From positions 2,520,001 through 2,552,000 of the forward strand of contig NC_006576.1 of NCBI RefSeq assembly GCF_000010065.1: a DNA stretch of 32,000 bases, in the 5' to 3' direction. Position 1 is the first letter of the stretch. Each line of letters opens with the position of its first letter. Positions 9,395-17,103 of this stretch are shown piece after piece. The position numbers were made by a program, and so were the translations under genes. Origin of the DNA: Synechococcus elongatus PCC 6301. GTDB taxonomy: Bacteria > Cyanobacteriota > Cyanobacteriia > Synechococcales > Synechococcaceae. Below the pieces are notes generated by a model. It was not told the origin of the DNA and did no database searches. It saw only the letters and a list, made by a program, of their open reading frames with translations.

Positions 9395-12300
9395 ATGCGC
9401 TGGATAAGACCACGATTTTCTCTTTGGCAACACCCTCAGCGCGCTCTGATTATTGCAGTTCTTTATGGCGCAGCAGGACTGCTTTGGATCCTCTCTACAG
9501 ATTCCTTACTGCAAACTTGGCTTCGTACCGAGGTTAGTGTTTGGCAGTGGTCAACACTTAAGGAAATTTTCTACTTTTTTCTGTCAGCAGTAGTTCTCTA
9601 CGTCCTGCTCCGTCAGTGGCAGATTCTCCAAACCCTCTGCCACGCGAATCAGGAACAACGATTACAGCAACTGCTGCATCTTTTGGATGGCAATCCCTGG
9701 CCCTTATGGCTGGTGGAACCCCAAACTCTGCGCATCCTCGATCGCAATGCCGCCGCTACCGCTTGGGGAAATGCTGCCTATCTTCAGGAACTCGCCCCGC
9801 GCTCGCAACTGCTCAAGCAATGGGCTGAGAACCCAGATGCGCTGCGCCTGAGTCTCGATCTCAAGATTCCGAATGGGCAACTGCGTTCGGTTGGGCTACA
9901 GCGCTGCGCTTACCCTGATCCAGGGGCTTGGTTGATTGCCGCCAGGGACTGTGGTGATCTCCAGAGCTGGCAGCAACTGACCCAAGTGGGTTACTGGGAA
10001 CTCGACGTCCAATCCCAACTGGTTCAGACTTCGCCGCTGGTCAACCGGCTACTGGGGAAACCCTCCGATCAGTGCCTCTTCTCTTGGCAGCAGTGGCTGG
10101 AGCACTTTCAACTTAGCGATCGTTTGCGATTGGAGCAAGCGATCGACACGGGAATGCAGACGGGGCGACCCATTCAAGCAACCTATGCCCTCGCGAGTGA
10201 TTCTCAAGATCGTCAGTTAGTCGAGTTGCGAGCCGTCATCGTCAGGGATCTGGCCGGTAACGTGCGATCGCTGCGGGGGGTCCTTGAACCAAAGCATCAA
10301 GCACCACTCACTTCCCTTGAACCCTTGCCCTTATCGCTTGATCATCCGGCTGTCCTCCGTCGCATCTTGGAGGCGATTCCTGACCCGATTTACATCAAAG
10401 ACTATAGGGGCGAAATCCTGCTGCAAAATCGAGCCTGTCTTGATTTACAACCCTTCGTAATGCCGGAGGTTATTAAACAAGAAGATATTAATGACTTGGC
10501 TACGATCGCCTCCGGTTTGCCAATCATTAATGAAGAGTGGACGATCAACCCTGAAAATTGGCCGAGCCAGCATTTTCTGATTAGTAAAGTACCGCTCCGT
10601 AATGAGCTTGGGCAAATTCTGGGGCTGTTGGGCATTCGCCGCAATGTCACCCGTTGGCGTCGAGCTGAGCAAGCCCGTAACGCGCTTTCAGATCAGCTAG
10701 AGCAGACCCTCGCAGCTGTCAGTGATGGTGTTGTTGTTTTAGATCAAAACTTTGTTGTCCGAGCGCTCAACTCTCAAGCAGCCCAACAACTGAAGAAAAC
10801 GTCTGAACAGATCATTGGTCGAGTTTTTTGGGATTTATTTCCAGTAGAGCTAGGTGCCACCCTTCAGTCCGAGCTCCAACCACTGCAGCATCAGTCTTCG
10901 ACAAGAACCTTTGAACTCTGGATTGACCCACTGTCAACCTGTTGGGAGGTAAATGTCCATCGTTCTACAGCTGAAATATCGCTCTATTTTCGTGACATTA
11001 GCGATCGCGTGATGAGCCGTCAACTGCTAGAAGAAATGGCGGAGCGTTTTCAACTTGTCACTCGTGCGACGAATGATGCGGTTTGGGATCGCAATCTACT
11101 CACTAATGAGATCTGGTATAGCGCTAACTACAGCCGCCTATTTGGGGGAGAAGAAAAAGAGATCACTCAAAAGCTTGTGCAGACTGTCGATTTGCAATGG
11201 CGCGATCGCCTCGATCCCGATCAACGCGAGCGAATCATGGCCAGCTTGTCCGGTGCGATCGCTAACGGTTTCAGCACATGGAGTGAGCAATATCGTTTTC
11301 TGCGGCAAGATGGCACCTATGCCCATGTCCTCGATCGTGGCTACATTGTTCGGGATGAGAATGGCCGGGCGATTCGGGCAGTTGGTGCCATGCAGGATAT
11401 CTCTGCGATCGTGGCTGCCAATGAGCAATTGCGGTTGTGGCTAAGAGCTATTGAATCCACCGGAAATAGCATCATTATTGCGGATGCTCAACAACCGGAT
11501 ATGCCAATTATTTATGTCAATCCCGCCTTTGAAAAAATCACAGGCTTTAGTGCTGCTGAAGTGATAGGTCGCAACTTTCGATTTCTCCAAGGGCTCGAAA
11601 CTCAGCAAGCTGAACTCGAAGAGATGCGCCGAGCCTTGGAGGAAGGGACGTACTGTGAGGTAACGCTACGCAGTTACCGTAAGGACGGCTCACTTTTTTG
11701 GAATCAGATTTCTCTTGCGCCCGTTCGAGATCAGAAAGGGCACCTAACCCACATGGTGGCCTCACAAACTGATGTCAGCGAGAGTAAAGCGTTCGAAGAA
11801 ATGCTACTGCAACAGGCAACCCACGATGCTCTCACTGGTCTGCCTAATCGCCTGCTCTTTTTAGATCGCCTCGATCAAGCCGCTGCCCGTGCCCGTGGCG
11901 GTGGATCGCCGATCGCAGTACTCTTCATCGATCTCGATAATTTCAAAGCGATCAACGATGGCTTTAGCCACAGCGAAGGAGATGCCGTTCTGCAAATTGC
12001 TGCTGGACGATTGCAACAATGTATTCAAGAGCATGAAACGGTTGCCCGCCTCAGTAGTGATGAGTTTGTCATTCTCTTAACTGATCTGGACGTTCAGAGC
12101 AAAGCCCGAGTGAAGGCAGCCATGATTCAATCCCTGATGGCCAAGCCCTTCGAAGTGATGGGTAATCCGATTGAACTGACAGCGAGTATTGGGGTTGCGA
12201 CCTTCCCCCACGATGGTCAATCGGGCAGTGAGTTGTTGCAGGCCGCTGATTTAGCAGTCTGTGCTGCCAAGCAACAGGGCAAAAATCTTTGGTGTTCGTT

Positions 12301-13111
12301 CTCAGAAGCGATGCGCGAACAGTTGCGCAGTCGGATCGACATTGAGAAAGACTTACGCCAAGCCTTGATTGATAACTCTCTAGAGCTCTATTTCCAGCCT
12401 CAAGTTGATTTGGTTACCCATCGGCTCTTGGGTTTTGAAACTTTAGTCCGCTGGAATCACCCCGAGCGCGGCTTAGTGGCTCCGGGTGAATTTATTCCGA
12501 TTGCTGAAGAATCTGACCTCATTGATGCAATTGGATTGTGGGTGATGCGAGCGGCGGGTTTGACGCTCCGTCGTTGGATTGACCACGAAGGGTTTACAGG
12601 TAGCCTGTCTTTCAATATTTCAGCCAGACAATTCATCCGCCAAAATATTTTCTTGAAACTGTTTGATGTCCTCCAAGAGTTTCAGATTCCGCCGCACCAA
12701 TTGGAAATCGAGCTGACAGAAAGTAGCCTGATCGAATCGCCGGAACGATTTGTGCAATGGCTCCAGGAAGCCCGATCGATGGGATTTCAAGTCGCTTTAG
12801 ATGATTTTGGGACGGGTTATTCCAGCCTTGGTTACCTCAAGCGTTTGCCCATCAATGCTCTCAAAATTGATCGCAGCTTTATTCGCGATCTGCCGCACGA
12901 CCATGACGATCAAGCGATCGTGCAGGCGATTGTTGCAATGGCCAAGGTCTTGAAACTTCGCACGATCGCAGAAGGCGTAGAACGCCTCGAGCAAGCCGCC
13001 TTCTTAGAAGCGATTGGTTGTGATGCTGTGCAAGGGTTCTTCTATGGCCCACCACTGCCCGAAGCAGAAGCGCTTGCCTTCCTGCACCGTTCCGCTTCCC
13101 CTGGGGTCTGA
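9395..13111 (+). CDS. Membrane-anchored multi-PAS / LOV-like / GGDEF(degenerate) / EAL signalling protein (probable c-di-GMP phosphodiesterase)
   Basis: 1238 aa. Two N-terminal hydrophobic helices, several PAS/PAC-like modules, and a LOV-type PAS (NSIIIADAQQPDMPIIYVNPAFEKITG...GRNFRFLQG). The GGDEF domain carries SSDEF at the signature position. The EAL domain has ETLVRW, EIELTES, DDFGTGYSSL, KIDRSF and AEGVE...QGFFYG. Confidence 0.9.
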   Translation: MRWIRPRFSLWQHPQRALIIAVLYGAAGLLWILSTDSLLQTWLRTEVSVWQWSTLKEIFYFFLSAVVLYVLLRQWQILQTLCHANQEQRLQQLLHLLDGNPWPLWLVEPQTLRILDRNAAATAWGNAAYLQELAPRSQLLKQWAENPDALRLSLDLKIPNGQLRSVGLQRCAYPDPGAWLIAARDCGDLQSWQQLTQVGYWELDVQSQLVQTSPLVNRLLGKPSDQCLFSWQQWLEHFQLSDRLRLEQAIDTGMQTGRPIQATYALASDSQDRQLVELRAVIVRDLAGNVRSLRGVLEPKHQAPLTSLEPLPLSLDHPAVLRRILEAIPDPIYIKDYRGEILLQNRACLDLQPFVMPEVIKQEDINDLATIASGLPIINEEWTINPENWPSQHFLISKVPLRNELGQILGLLGIRRNVTRWRRAEQARNALSDQLEQTLAAVSDGVVVLDQNFVVRALNSQAAQQLKKTSEQIIGRVFWDLFPVELGATLQSELQPLQHQSSTRTFELWIDPLSTCWEVNVHRSTAEISLYFRDISDRVMSRQLLEEMAERFQLVTRATNDAVWDRNLLTNEIWYSANYSRLFGGEEKEITQKLVQTVDLQWRDRLDPDQRERIMASLSGAIANGFSTWSEQYRFLRQDGTYAHVLDRGYIVRDENGRAIRAVGAMQDISAIVAANEQLRLWLRAIESTGNSIIIADAQQPDMPIIYVNPAFEKITGFSAAEVIGRNFRFLQGLETQQAELEEMRRALEEGTYCEVTLRSYRKDGSLFWNQISLAPVRDQKGHLTHMVASQTDVSESKAFEEMLLQQATHDALTGLPNRLLFLDRLDQAAARARGGGSPIAVLFIDLDNFKAINDGFSHSEGDAVLQIAAGRLQQCIQEHETVARLSSDEFVILLTDLDVQSKARVKAAMIQSLMAKPFEVMGNPIELTASIGVATFPHDGQSGSELLQAADLAVCAAKQQGKNLWCSFSEAMREQLRSRIDIEKDLRQALIDNSLELYFQPQVDLVTHRLLGFETLVRWNHPERGLVAPGEFIPIAEESDLIDAIGLWVMRAAGLTLRRWIDHEGFTGSLSFNISARQFIRQNIFLKLFDVLQEFQIPPHQLEIELTESSLIESPERFVQWLQEARSMGFQVALDDFGTGYSSLGYLKRLPINALKIDRSFIRDLPHDHDDQAIVQAIVAMAKVLKLRTIAEGVERLEQAAFLEAIGCDAVQGFFYGPPLPEAEALAFLHRSASPGV
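11441..11785 (+). other. LOV-type PAS domain within the sensor, with Phe at the adduct-forming Cys position
   Basis: Codons 11567-11593 read GGT CGC AAC TTT CGA TTT CTC CAA GGG, which is GRNFRFLQG. The canonical LOV motif is GxNCRFLQG. Downstream YRKDGSLFWNQISLAPV and MVASQTDVS resemble LOV flavin-pocket strands. Confidence 0.7.
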
Positions 13112-13146
13112 ACGTTAAAATCAGGAGCTGTCTTCTGCTGATTGGC

Positions 13147-13800
13147 ATGGCTCCTCAACTGCGTATCTTCGTGCCGCCCCATCCCTTAATTCGGCACTGG
13201 CTGGGCATTGCCCGCGATCGCCAGACGCCGACGCCTCTGTTTCGCACCGCGATCGCAGAGCTGGGCCGCTGGCTCGCCTATGAGGCTGTGCGGGAATGGC
13301 TACCAACGATTCCAGCGGCGGTGCAAACTCCTCTTGCAGAAACCCCAGCGGAGTTCGTCGATTTTTCGCAACCCTTGGCGATCGTGCCGATTCTGCGCGC
13401 AGGTCTGGGTTTAGTGGAGTCTGTCCAACAGGTTTTGCCGACTGCCCGCATTTTTCACGTGGGTCTCAAGCGGGATGAAGTCAGTCTTGAACCGCGCTGC
13501 TACCTCAATCACCTGCCAGAGCAACTTGAAGTGAACAGTCGCGTTCTGGTTCTCGACCCGATGCTGGCGACAGGTGGCTCGCTGCTCTATACCCTTGATT
13601 TGCTGCGCGATCGCGGTGTCTCTGCTGAGCAAGTGCGGGTGCTTTCAATTGTGGCTGCCCCGCCAGCGCTACAAAAACTCAGTCAAGCCTACCCGGCGTT
13701 GACGATTTACAGCGCCATCATTGATGAGCAGCTGAACGACAAAGGCTTTATCGTGCCGGGGCTGGGGGATGCTGGCGATCGCCTGTTTGGTACTCCTTGA
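13147..13800 (+). CDS. upp: Uracil phosphoribosyltransferase
   Basis: 217 aa. PRPP-binding loop VLVLDPMLATGGS and the C-terminal uracil-binding IVPGLGDAGDRLFGT are typical UPRTase motifs. Confidence 0.93.
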   Translation: MAPQLRIFVPPHPLIRHWLGIARDRQTPTPLFRTAIAELGRWLAYEAVREWLPTIPAAVQTPLAETPAEFVDFSQPLAIVPILRAGLGLVESVQQVLPTARIFHVGLKRDEVSLEPRCYLNHLPEQLEVNSRVLVLDPMLATGGSLLYTLDLLRDRGVSAEQVRVLSIVAAPPALQKLSQAYPALTIYSAIIDEQLNDKGFIVPGLGDAGDRLFGTP

Positions 13801-13817
13801 TCTGCTGACTGAATTCG

Positions 13818-14834
13818 CTAGGCTTCAGCGTTGAGCAAAGCCTGAACGGCCTGCCGAATGAAGCTTTCATCCTGCGGATTTTGGCTGGGGTTGCCCGCGC
13901 GGTGACCCCAGATCGAGGGAATTGGGCAATAGTGCGCCTTAGGAATCAACTGCGCTTCGGCCTCACAATCCTCTGGGGTGAAGTAGAGATCTGTTGTCGA
14001 GGGCATGACCAAGGTCTGAGCCGTAATGCTGCCGAGTGCCTTGGCTAAATCACCCCCAAAAGCAGGGCGATCGCTGACATCACAGCGCAACCAGGTGTCG
14101 ATCATCGCCAGTAGATCGTGGGGATCGCGCTGACGATAGTTCGCTTCCCAACCCCGTTCCAAATAATCCTCTAGCGAACTGTAGCCCTGCTGCCGGTAAA
14201 TACCCGCTCGATAAAAGGCCTGAGACGCAGCCCAACTGGCATAGATCCGCGCAAAGGCTTTGTAACCGCGATCGGGAGTGGCTTGAAACCGTTGACCATC
14301 CCAAGTTGGATCAGCGATCAACGCAGCGCGAAGGCTCTCCAGAAACAACCGGTTATGCTCGGTCGTTTTTGCCGTTCCACAGAGTGCTGCAATCCGCTGG
14401 ACGCGATCGGGGAAAGCGATCGCCCAGTGATAAGCCTGCTGTGCCCCCATCGACCAGCCGTGGATCAGCGCCAGTTGCTCAATGCCCAGTACTTGGCTGA
14501 GGAGAGCCTGTTGAGCACAGACACTGTCCCAATGACTGAACCAAAACCCCTGCTCTGCCAGTCCGCAAGCCGGATCGTTGCTGGGAGAACTGGAAAGCCC
14601 ATTCCCGAACTGATTGACGATGACGATGAACCAGCGATCGGGATCGAGGATGCGATCGCCTCCAATCAGCCAGTCGATCGTCGAATGCTGAGCACCGTAG
14701 GAGGTCGGGTAGAGAATCGCATTGCTGCGATCGCGGTTGAGTTCTCCGTAGGTGGCGTAAACGAGGCTCGCCTCGGGAAGGACAGCACCGCAGTCCAGCT
14801 CAAAGTTCGGCAGTCTAAACGTGCCGACCGTCAT
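13818..14834 (-). CDS. Alpha/beta-fold hydrolase/acyltransferase, homoserine O-acetyltransferase (MetX)-like family
   Basis: 338 aa. Nucleophile elbow GWSMGAQQAY (GxSxG) and a MetX-like N-terminus (FELDCGAVLPEASLVYATYGELN...NAILYPTSYG). The ATG overlaps the stop of the upstream gene (ATGA, 14831-14834). Confidence 0.8.
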   Translation of the reverse strand: MTVGTFRLPNFELDCGAVLPEASLVYATYGELNRDRSNAILYPTSYGAQHSTIDWLIGGDRILDPDRWFIVIVNQFGNGLSSSPSNDPACGLAEQGFWFSHWDSVCAQQALLSQVLGIEQLALIHGWSMGAQQAYHWAIAFPDRVQRIAALCGTAKTTEHNRLFLESLRAALIADPTWDGQRFQATPDRGYKAFARIYASWAASQAFYRAGIYRQQGYSSLEDYLERGWEANYRQRDPHDLLAMIDTWLRCDVSDRPAFGGDLAKALGSITAQTLVMPSTTDLYFTPEDCEAEAQLIPKAHYCPIPSIWGHRAGNPSQNPQDESFIRQAVQALLNAEA

Positions 14835-15733
14835 GCTTGCCCGAAGGTCGAGATCAGCGCCTTGTTCACAGCGAGATAACCGCGATCGAGATGCCCCCAG
14901 TAGGACGACAGCTTCTCATGGGCAGACGGTAGCGCATGGAAAGGAATCGAAGCGCAGAAATGGTGTTCGGCGTGGAAAGGCATATTCCACATCAGCCAGC
15001 GCAGCGGTGCCCACGTCAAGGTGGTGCGCGTGTTGGTGAGCGGGTTATCATCCTCGCTGCAACCGGAATGCTCGGCCAGCAAAATAGCGCGCAGAATCGG
15101 CTGACCCACCGCCAGCGGCAGTAACCAGGCTGTCACAAACAGTGGCTGCTTCAGACCAAGCGAAAGCGCAATCAAGGCACCGTAAACCGCCAGTTGCCAA
15201 AGCAGCGATCGCTGGACTTCTGACTGGGCTTCAGCCGGAATGTAGGGATAGTCGGCAAACTGCCCCGTTGCCACTTTGAAGTGTGTGCGGATTTTGCCCA
15301 GCCACCACGGTAGTCCACTTAGTTCCAACAGATACTGCGGCCAAGTTTGGGGTTTGGGATCCGCTAGTTCGGGGTCCTTGCCCGGAATTTGGGTGAAGCG
15401 ATGATGCCACTTGTGATAGCGACGGTAAAAGCTGCTGTTGTAGAACGACAGCAACCCGGCAATCCAAGCGACTGTATCGTTGGCTCGGTTACTGGCAAAG
15501 GCGGTGCGATGCACGCATTCATGCACGGCCGCAAACATCGCTGCTAGTCCGAAGCCATAGGTCACCAACGCCGGTAGGCGAACGGCCCAACCGCCCCAGC
15601 CACTTAGCCAGAGCCCACCACTTACAGCCAGCAGGGCCAAATGCCCGAAGAATTGCTGCCAGCCCTTGGCATCCGATCGCTGGTTGAGCACAGCCAGCTC
15701 TTGGGCTGTCAATAATTTAGGCGCAGGAGTCAT
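14831..15733 (-). CDS. Membrane fatty-acid desaturase/hydroxylase-family di-iron oxygenase (MocD-like)
   Basis: Three His boxes: HECVH, HKWHH and HAEHH, with hydrophobic segments between them. The track start at 15793 is TTG. The first ATG is at 15733 (MTPAPKLLTAQEL). Confidence 0.8.
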   Translation of the reverse strand: MTPAPKLLTAQELAVLNQRSDAKGWQQFFGHLALLAVSGGLWLSGWGGWAVRLPALVTYGFGLAAMFAAVHECVHRTAFASNRANDTVAWIAGLLSFYNSSFYRRYHKWHHRFTQIPGKDPELADPKPQTWPQYLLELSGLPWWLGKIRTHFKVATGQFADYPYIPAEAQSEVQRSLLWQLAVYGALIALSLGLKQPLFVTAWLLPLAVGQPILRAILLAEHSGCSEDDNPLTNTRTTLTWAPLRWLMWNMPFHAEHHFCASIPFHALPSAHEKLSSYWGHLDRGYLAVNKALISTFGQA

Positions 15734-15831
15734 GACAAAAGGGGTTGTGGAAAAGGCGATCGCCCAAGGTCTCTTTCTAACCAATCGTGTCAATCTTTGT
15801 TGCTGCTGTAGCGATCGCTACCTGAAACTCG

Positions 15832-16197
15832 CTAGAAGCCTTTGAGGGTATGAGTTGCGGCCACGAGAGCCGGAACCGCAGCGGCGGGCCAGCACGCTTC
15901 GACTCGGCGATCGCTGGCGAGGATCAGACGCAGCTCGTAGGCATCTGCAAAACCTTCTGCCTCCAGCCAGAGCAAGGCGGACTCAGCCTCAATCTGCAGG
16001 CGTTCCTCGGGCATCAATTCAGGGGCAATCGCAGCGATCGTTTCAGCGAGTTGCTGCACGAGTCGACAAAAATCCGCCATCTCAGCGGCGGTCAGTTCAA
16101 CTGCCCAATCTGTGGTTCCCACCAGACCCGGATAGCGATGGGCAGTCTCATCCCAACCCAAGCGCCAACCAGCGCCTTCTCGGAGAATTCGGCCCAT
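15832..16197 (-). CDS. Conserved cyanobacterial protein, DUF1818-like (121 aa)
   Basis: ATG start. MGRILREGAGWRLGWDETAHRYPGLVGTTDWAVELTAAEMADFCRLV matches my memory of the DUF1818 family. Not verified. Confidence 0.6.
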   Translation of the reverse strand: MGRILREGAGWRLGWDETAHRYPGLVGTTDWAVELTAAEMADFCRLVQQLAETIAAIAPELMPEERLQIEAESALLWLEAEGFADAYELRLILASDRRVEACWPAAAVPALVAATHTLKGF

Positions 16198-16202
16198 GCC
16201 TA

Positions 16203-16775
16203 CTAACGCAGGAGATCGGCAGCCCCCCGACCCGGCAGGGAAGGGAGTGGGGGATTAGCCGGTGTTGCCCCTGGGGGAGTCGGCTGAGCTGCTGGCGTTT
16301 CTGGCCGATCCTCGGGGGCAGTAACGGCGGTTTGCGGACGCGGCACCACAGCCAAAATGGCATCAATCAGGCGGTCGCGTTCGACGCGGGATAGCTTCGC
16401 GATCGCTTGCAGATCAGTTTGCAGTGGGTTGGGGGTCAGCGTTTCGAAGCCAGGATAGTCCTCTTGTTTCAGGACCCCATTGACACCCAATAGGTCCGCC
16501 ATGGTCAATTTCCAGTCCAAGCGCGAAGCCAAACGGCGGTTCCGCAATTGCTGATGGAAACGAATCAGACGCGACACCAAGGTATCAGTTGGGCGCAACT
16601 CACCGCTGCGTGTACCGCGATAGCCATTGGCTCGCTCAAGGTTGGGTAACTGCTCGTAGACGAGCTGTCCAATTTCTTCTGGCCGGGGGGGCCGCTGGGC
16701 CTCGGCTGCCGACGCACAGCAGAGCAGGATGGCTAGCAGACTCCCCCAAAACCGCAAGTGGCGTTGCCGCTTCAC
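16203..16775 (-). CDS. Secreted/periplasmic hypothetical protein with Pro-rich C-terminus (190 aa)
   Basis: Signal-peptide-like N-terminus (KRQRHLRFWGSLLAILLCCASAAEAQ). The GTG start overlaps the rpoZ stop (GTGA, 16772-16775). The gene ends 5 nt before the next gene's start. Confidence 0.6.
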   Translation of the reverse strand: MKRQRHLRFWGSLLAILLCCASAAEAQRPPRPEEIGQLVYEQLPNLERANGYRGTRSGELRPTDTLVSRLIRFHQQLRNRRLASRLDWKLTMADLLGVNGVLKQEDYPGFETLTPNPLQTDLQAIAKLSRVERDRLIDAILAVVPRPQTAVTAPEDRPETPAAQPTPPGATPANPPLPSLPGRGAADLLR

Positions 16776-17002
16776 CCGCCGATAATCTCCGGTTGATTGA
16801 GCTCGTCTGACATTTCTAAAATGGCGCGCAGCACGGGCTTAATGCCAGTTTCTTCGCTGAGGTTTTCCATCTCTTCGTAGCGAGCCTGCTTGGCGCGACG
16901 GGCGATTTGTAGGGTGACGTGATAGCGATTCGTGGAGTTAACAATCAGGCTCTCAGCTTTGAAGAGCAGATCTTGAGAATCCAGATCGAAGCGCTGGAGC
17001 AT
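16772..17002 (-). CDS. rpoZ: DNA-directed RNA polymerase omega subunit
   Basis: 76 aa. NRYHVTLQIARRAKQARYEE ... KPVLRAILEMSDELNQPEIIG matches the conserved cyanobacterial RpoZ core. Confidence 0.9.
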   Translation of the reverse strand: MLQRFDLDSQDLLFKAESLIVNSTNRYHVTLQIARRAKQARYEEMENLSEETGIKPVLRAILEMSDELNQPEIIGG

Positions 17003-17103
17003 GATAATTCAGCAAAGGCGACAAGACTTCCAGTTTAGCGGAGTGGCTGAGCGATCGCCCTATTTGATGCTGTGTCAGAGCAGTATCAGGCTGTGCCGAA
17101 GCA

